DNA of 64,000 nt from the NCBI GenBank assembly GCA_964270895.1, contig OZ185445.1; one strand, 5' to 3'. The notes beneath the pieces are model-generated. The model was not told where the DNA came from and did not search any database. It worked only from the letters and a program-made list of their open reading frames with translations. The stretch comes from Podarcis filfolensis (lineage: Eukaryota). Numbering within the stretch: the stretch's first letter is position 1; every line of letters begins with the position of its first letter. Below are positions 61,201 to 64,000 of the stretch, piece after piece. A program made the position numbers and the translations under genes.

Positions 61201-64000
61201 TCCGTGTGGGTTATGTGGTCTGAAGACGGCCGCCGGAAGAGGCCCGAGAGCAACCCCTGCCCTGGCTGTGGGGCCTTCTTCGGAGTATCATCCATTACCT
61301 GGTCCTCTCTGATTCCACCAGGAAGCACTGGCTTTCCTGCTGTAGTCTTTAAGTCAGGTTCTTTTGTGGGGGCTGCCACCTCCCCCCCGGATTTGGAATC
61401 TTTGTGGTCCAGAGCACCCATGCCTTTGGTATCATGATCCATGTGTGCAATTTTTGAAGTGTCTGAGGTACCCTGCTTTTTATCTCCACTTTTTGGTGCA
61501 CCCAGACCATCTTCTTTACTGGTTTCTTTCTTCCTCGCCGGCTCCTCTTTTCTCTGCTGTGCCTCGGGAACTGCCTGAGACTTTGACGAGTCCATTTTGA
61601 CAGCTTCCGTGTTGCTGCTTTTGTGACCCTCTTCAGCCTTTGCTGGCTTGCCACTAAAACTTGGTGGGGCAGTTTGATCTTTAGAAGCTGTCAGGTTTTC
61701 CACAGAAGCAGCTTTCAAGAAAGAAGTGAAAATTCCTGGCTTCTCTTTGTTGTCCTGCGGTGGTTTGTCTGAAAAGCCAAAACCGCTCAAAAAGGGAATC
61801 TGGAGCTTACCGGTGAAAGGGAAGTTGGGTTCGCTGCTTGCGGAGCTCGTTTTCCTGACATCATCTTCAGAACGGTGACTTTTCCCCAAGCCCGGTGGTG
61901 GCTCCTTTGGCACAGTTTCAGTAGCAGAAGAAGGGAGTAGCATCTGGCTGAAGGATTTCTTAAGTGGACTGAAAAAGCTCTCAGATGGTTCCACCTGCTC
62001 CAACGGCGGAGCGTTACCAGCCTCCTTCTTGGCTTCACTTGGCTTGTTTTCTGGCACTTTCCCTGCAGGTTGTGGACTTCTTGGCATGTCTGGGTGTTCT
62101 TTAACAACTTTATCTGGCTGACTTGTGGCCTGTGGCGCCACATCAGAAGCCTTCTGTGGCCCACTTGCCTGCTTAGGAACAGCCAGACTCTCAAAACTGG
62201 CTTTCAAGCTGAAAGAACTAACGGAGCTCGACAGCTTGCCAAAGATGGAGGAGACGGGGCCGCTGCTTGCGCTCGCTTCTGCCTCGCTCTTGCTCGTTTC
62301 GGGAGGCGCAACGTTGGTGGGTTTTGTCGCGTTGCCTTCAGCTGCCTTCCCACCTGCCTTGGCTTCAGAAGCACTGGCATGCGTGGCTTCCACCTTCACA
62401 GCCTCCTCCTGTTTTGCAGTCTCTTTTTTCGGTGCTTCCTTTTCAGAGAAGATTTTCAAAGGGTTGAACATGCCGAAGACGGAGTTCACAACTGAGCTGG
62501 GGTCCAGAGAAGGGGGCGGAGCAGCGTTTGCCGAAGCATCCTGGACACTTGGAGGAGCCTTGTTGTCTCCTCCTGTCTTTTCCGGGATGCTGGCCTTGGC
62601 ATCACTGGCTTCTCGCTCACGGCTACTCTGGGTCACAGAAGGGGAAGCTGCAGTGGGCAACCTGGCATCCGATTTGCTTTCTGCTTTCAGTTCTGGAGAG
62701 GCACCCTCAGACTTAGGCTTACTTGAAAACAGACTTGTGATGCCTCCCTCAGGTTGACCAGGGGCTTCAGATTTCTCTGGTGTGGGAGATACAAGTTTTT
62801 CAACTGAGGCTGTTAAGTGCTTTGTTCCTGAGCCCACTTTTTCGGTGAAAGAACTAAATAAGGAGCTGACCGTGTTCTTTACCCCAGACAAGTCTGGCAA
62901 TGCCTCTGTTATGCCTTTGCTGCCCTCGCTCTCCTCTGTGGCAGAAGCAGCTGGCTTTGCAGGTTCCAAAGGGGCACTTTCCTCCGCCAACTTATCAGCA
63001 CTGGCCAGTTTGGGAGAGGCACAATCGCTTGCATTTTTGCTCGCAGGAAGGGTTTCAAATTTACTAATCTCCTCCTCTTTTTCAGCTAAGTATTCAGACA
63101 CAGTTTCAACTAAGCACTGCAGTTCATCCATTGTGTCCACGTATTCTTCCGTTGGCTCTTCAACAGGAGAGAGGGTCAAGTCTTGCTTAAGAAAGCCGTG
63201 CTTTCCTCCTCTCATCCTATGTGAGTTTTTGTCCCTTGGTAACAGGGATATGGCACTTCCAGTACGGGCGTCAGTAAGGTCTCCAACATGGCGAACACTG
63301 GATTCACGCCATGCTTGGGAAAGTATTGCTATTTCTTCCATTTCCTCATCATCATCCGAAACTGGGGAGTACAGCAGTACACTGGACGAACAGCTGCCAA
63401 ACTCTTTAAGGGCACCCATTGGCACAAAAGAGTGAGCTGGCTGTTCTGAATGGATCTCATTTTCACCATCAAAATGGACTGATCCCGAGTCATGCTTTGC
63501 GCGTTGGTTAGCGGACAACTTGCCACTCTTGACTAGAAGGCCATTCTTGTATGGACGCAGAACTGGATATTCCGGTAACTGTTCTTCACTTTCAATGGGG
63601 CTGCTGCCCCATTTCTCAGTTTCATCATAATCAGGATATAGGTTATGTTCAGTTCTTGCTTTAATGCTGCCTGAAGAAAATCTCCGGTTACCACTGCTTT
63701 GCAGTATAGTTCGGTCGCATTCTTCAAAATTGTTATATCTCAGCTTCTTCTTTCTTCTCCTGTCTATTGTGTCATACTCCTCTGGATAGCAAGGGACATC
63801 AGGATTTCCCGATTCTGGGCAAGCCTTCCGTGAGTATCTTCCTCTTTCATGATGGCCAAAGTTCTCCCTTTTCGAGAGCCTCGGGCTCCTTCGTCCCTGT
63901 GAACTTCTAGTCCTGTGACTTTTTTCTAAAAAATCTTCTATTAACTGTTTGCCTAATTCCTCATAGTTCTCTTCACACTCTTCCTGTTCTTGGCCAACTT
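55212..64000 (-). CDS. UNC13B: UNC13B giant alternative exon (about 2,930 codons in window, open at the right edge), mostly low-complexity and probably disordered
   Basis: The 2768-aa track ORF begins at a TTG. Translating by hand, the same frame stays open from 63518 to 64000 (...VGQEQEECEENYE...EYDTIDRRRKKK...LRPYKNGLLVKSGK). Motifs EYDTIDRRRKKK and LSPVEEPTEEYVDTMDELQCLVETVSEYLAEKEEEI match my recollection of the long mammalian UNC13B isoform. The ORF ends in TGA at 55212-55214. Confidence 0.88.
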   Translation of the reverse strand, partial: VGQEQEECEENYEELGKQLIEDFLEKSHRTRSSQGRRSPRLSKRENFGHHERGRYSRKACPESGNPDVPCYPEEYDTIDRRRKKKLRYNNFEECDRTILQSSGNRRFSSGSIKARTEHNLYPDYDETEKWGSSPIESEEQLPEYPVLRPYKNGLLVKSGKLSANQRAKHDSGSVHFDGENEIHSEQPAHSFVPMGALKEFGSCSSSVLLYSPVSDDDEEMEEIAILSQAWRESSVRHVGDLTDARTGSAISLLPRDKNSHRMRGGKHGFLKQDLTLSPVEEPTEEYVDTMDELQCLVETVSEYLAEKEEEISKFETLPASKNASDCASPKLASADKLAEESAPLEPAKPAASATEESEGSKGITEALPDLSGVKNTVSSLFSSFTEKVGSGTKHLTASVEKLVSPTPEKSEAPGQPEGGITSLFSSKPKSEGASPELKAESKSDARLPTAASPSVTQSSREREASDAKASIPEKTGGDNKAPPSVQDASANAAPPPSLDPSSVVNSVFGMFNPLKIFSEKEAPKKETAKQEEAVKVEATHASASEAKAGGKAAEGNATKPTNVAPPETSKSEAEASASSGPVSSIFGKLSSSVSSFSLKASFESLAVPKQASGPQKASDVAPQATSQPDKVVKEHPDMPRSPQPAGKVPENKPSEAKKEAGNAPPLEQVEPSESFFSPLKKSFSQMLLPSSATETVPKEPPPGLGKSHRSEDDVRKTSSASSEPNFPFTGKLQIPFLSGFGFSDKPPQDNKEKPGIFTSFLKAASVENLTASKDQTAPPSFSGKPAKAEEGHKSSNTEAVKMDSSKSQAVPEAQQRKEEPARKKETSKEDGLGAPKSGDKKQGTSDTSKIAHMDHDTKGMGALDHKDSKSGGEVAAPTKEPDLKTTAGKPVLPGGIREDQVMDDTPKKAPQPGQGLLSGLFRRPSSDHITHTEESNAKNETDSQKSRSAGLLSGLFRFASSENLTESMPDKSKSGSLGIMKFFERSEETSSGDKSVGSHVTPGPQESTGGKQETGSFIKNFMQRPKEKVEEAVTETAKANGHLPHPELSKMENGHGPVPWHPPSQNALSSQPKIQDLSGQPTLYRQPTESNIYQAVLNERSNEFLNSSLLNAKLYGHSEQHLALEETRSHSSFDWEYDTGAFSLNAHQVSLPVYYVLQQNSVPLAEFLEWPDSSDAVVNLCKKDGNANVVDWRSNANFDALSMDFSVMSHESFDQLDLQDLGLEETEMWTTHSLNGNFPPFDDCSYILEEMPMDLSYSSACDGNMWTLIDQESLSLDGSFVYSSYSQEYQDWLMLLEKGVWWPSEDGDCGYYMYRDGQFVYSLLTDPTGQYVYICTPDTYTYPDYWDYNYPQSILQNTVLEDDMIAVCGFKVPLSNEDELFWFAEEEQLDNYSVNKPLDLSVALQRSDQLMNMNLETFSQMFEESIYYQREQPLDFSGYKLQKLKVDFRPENDMEWHSEEPPLTLDLRVHSRVASSGRLKDDALPKHLDRTPAVTVSESAQSKRFGFHIFQSSAKPEPSSASQSVTEVKTTEEDKKPPLNKVASLFSALGGLMGKGMEAHETVEDAAVKKGEPVVLGHKNDGLPASPPRKTGEDMQNQQHTEHEQERKERGRLVKSVRDEKPVISQKKPQLVRSSSQLSQGPLDSKTSQLDKSVKPAPLPSQQKPKVGEDEPKKTQPAPSQAPTEAEGTLFKSALKILSLGEDSSTTAAPNKSQGPGFFDFFKTQVNKAPQPPPAPQPNLPKNEAEKKMPQEKVEPPGISSFFGSIGDLFKVDAAPAPPSAATPPKSGTHTSLKLNDNADQRSREPSKSSTPAPQIPVEQARGEAAQKAAVPKEEQHGKVGKEAAQVKKEDIPTAGSAEPKPPMQAGPRMDQANHSPGQHAHGPAVAPGPQGHAGAIPGKTQPGKASQPPRDSGFSLPFGLSQAAPSKPPQAPQPAGKSIFSSFFGAPEKAPAPAPAAPNAKPLEAEGLFKMPSFFSGGPTAKKNVPQSSSSFSFFNLTSFLDDKPPAAAPDKGNIAKPPQQQASNLGRPPQRQADAKPSMKQCVSVDSGIGLARQQGLKDKEAAAGVIEAVLGKQEAVGPEHKASELKTPVAEHAAASASEVENEGEIPFVASKPPDDGADREDHSVYPDPGSQVPTLQEDIAPSLLEIPQPEEQLQDNAEKNGGIVMSSEKEFVPLVGNETFEKAEPGPVCDETSVALEPSPAPGDLSQEVVPEEKPSAPEVKPPEPKQPDRTPNTAGEQQAQGQRPLPQMAAATPNLQEKPKEPEADKSVLDSSVEMFSSFMTKMKPTKTLSGFFSQPQTPAAPSAQKKSTSFFGLSSLPTGPPPAFTSDLFGIFKGATDETLSKPAGKTAGTSKPQEMSSRAKEAVGPVPGKGLAKQDKASRDELLGTNAGSVLKQPDQTSRAEPTEKEASSDLKQDAPSVLADESLGKECRAELEAESSGRPEDGLESSLNASETLDSSRDQGPEVVQLDTNLLASDEAGKAAPCSQEVHDAVEMVVLQEKSEVPVEPLENDAVPAVEEQVSLAGETDVGQMDLDSTHELEPKVGEEDEHLKLPELTDTSLTTEEVTIKNEADVDICPPDTFETLEMEPKAAADEAHDLPHQDIEKVPEIKPDLPPEQKEPLTVSEAAPEAAPLKSSLAGKSKPASAPTEASSTKPMFEIPSMPTLPKFGFMSSADSSKPFGSFFSAQPPSASKPVPEPGLVSSFNKFSSSLFGGGSDEKAGKVEGAPGAVFGKKLDFSFPWQKDAKEASLKKEPDVPTPKASSKQEVAPIASSKLDLKAPEAVSKAEEQAVDVTGADGSPNLSASDQPADSAADSDLSSKQPDSKSNECFDGPTPDIPVAPNKELELEVSRETEDEPSTISSEPPGLPLEEPAEGATQVLDEVEQKESVPCPETETLATGLQPAEQSSPEALRKKRPVAKTA

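Overview
Vertebrate genomic DNA, most likely a squamate (lacertid-like) lizard judged from its CR1, L2, Squam-type SINE, Penelope and hAT repeats. The whole window lies inside UNC13B (Munc13-2), transcribed on the minus strand. I resolved 15 coding exons by their splice sites and reading phase. In transcript order they are: a giant exon of more than 8.7 kb that is open at the right edge; the 297-nt and 91-nt ubMunc13-2 exons (the latter has the CaM site); the 2.3-kb bMunc13-2 alternative N-terminal exon; a 23-nt phase-adaptor microexon; 47-nt and 79-nt linker exons; a 6-nt Ala-Met microexon; a 75-nt exon; then the C1, C2B and early MUN-region exons. The gene continues past both edges. Introns hold two RE1/REST motifs, a ubiquitin retro-fragment, nested transposons and a 200-N assembly gap. 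The main leads are: (1) a coiled-coil plus RRM-like module in the bMunc13-2 exon resembling LINE ORF1p; (2) a cluster of CtBP/RIBEYE-type PxDLS motifs in the giant exon; (3) the giant ORF ending in a stop with no in-phase donor; (4) the promoter-coupled 23-nt adaptor exon. Comparisons with mammalian sequences are from memory and were not computed.
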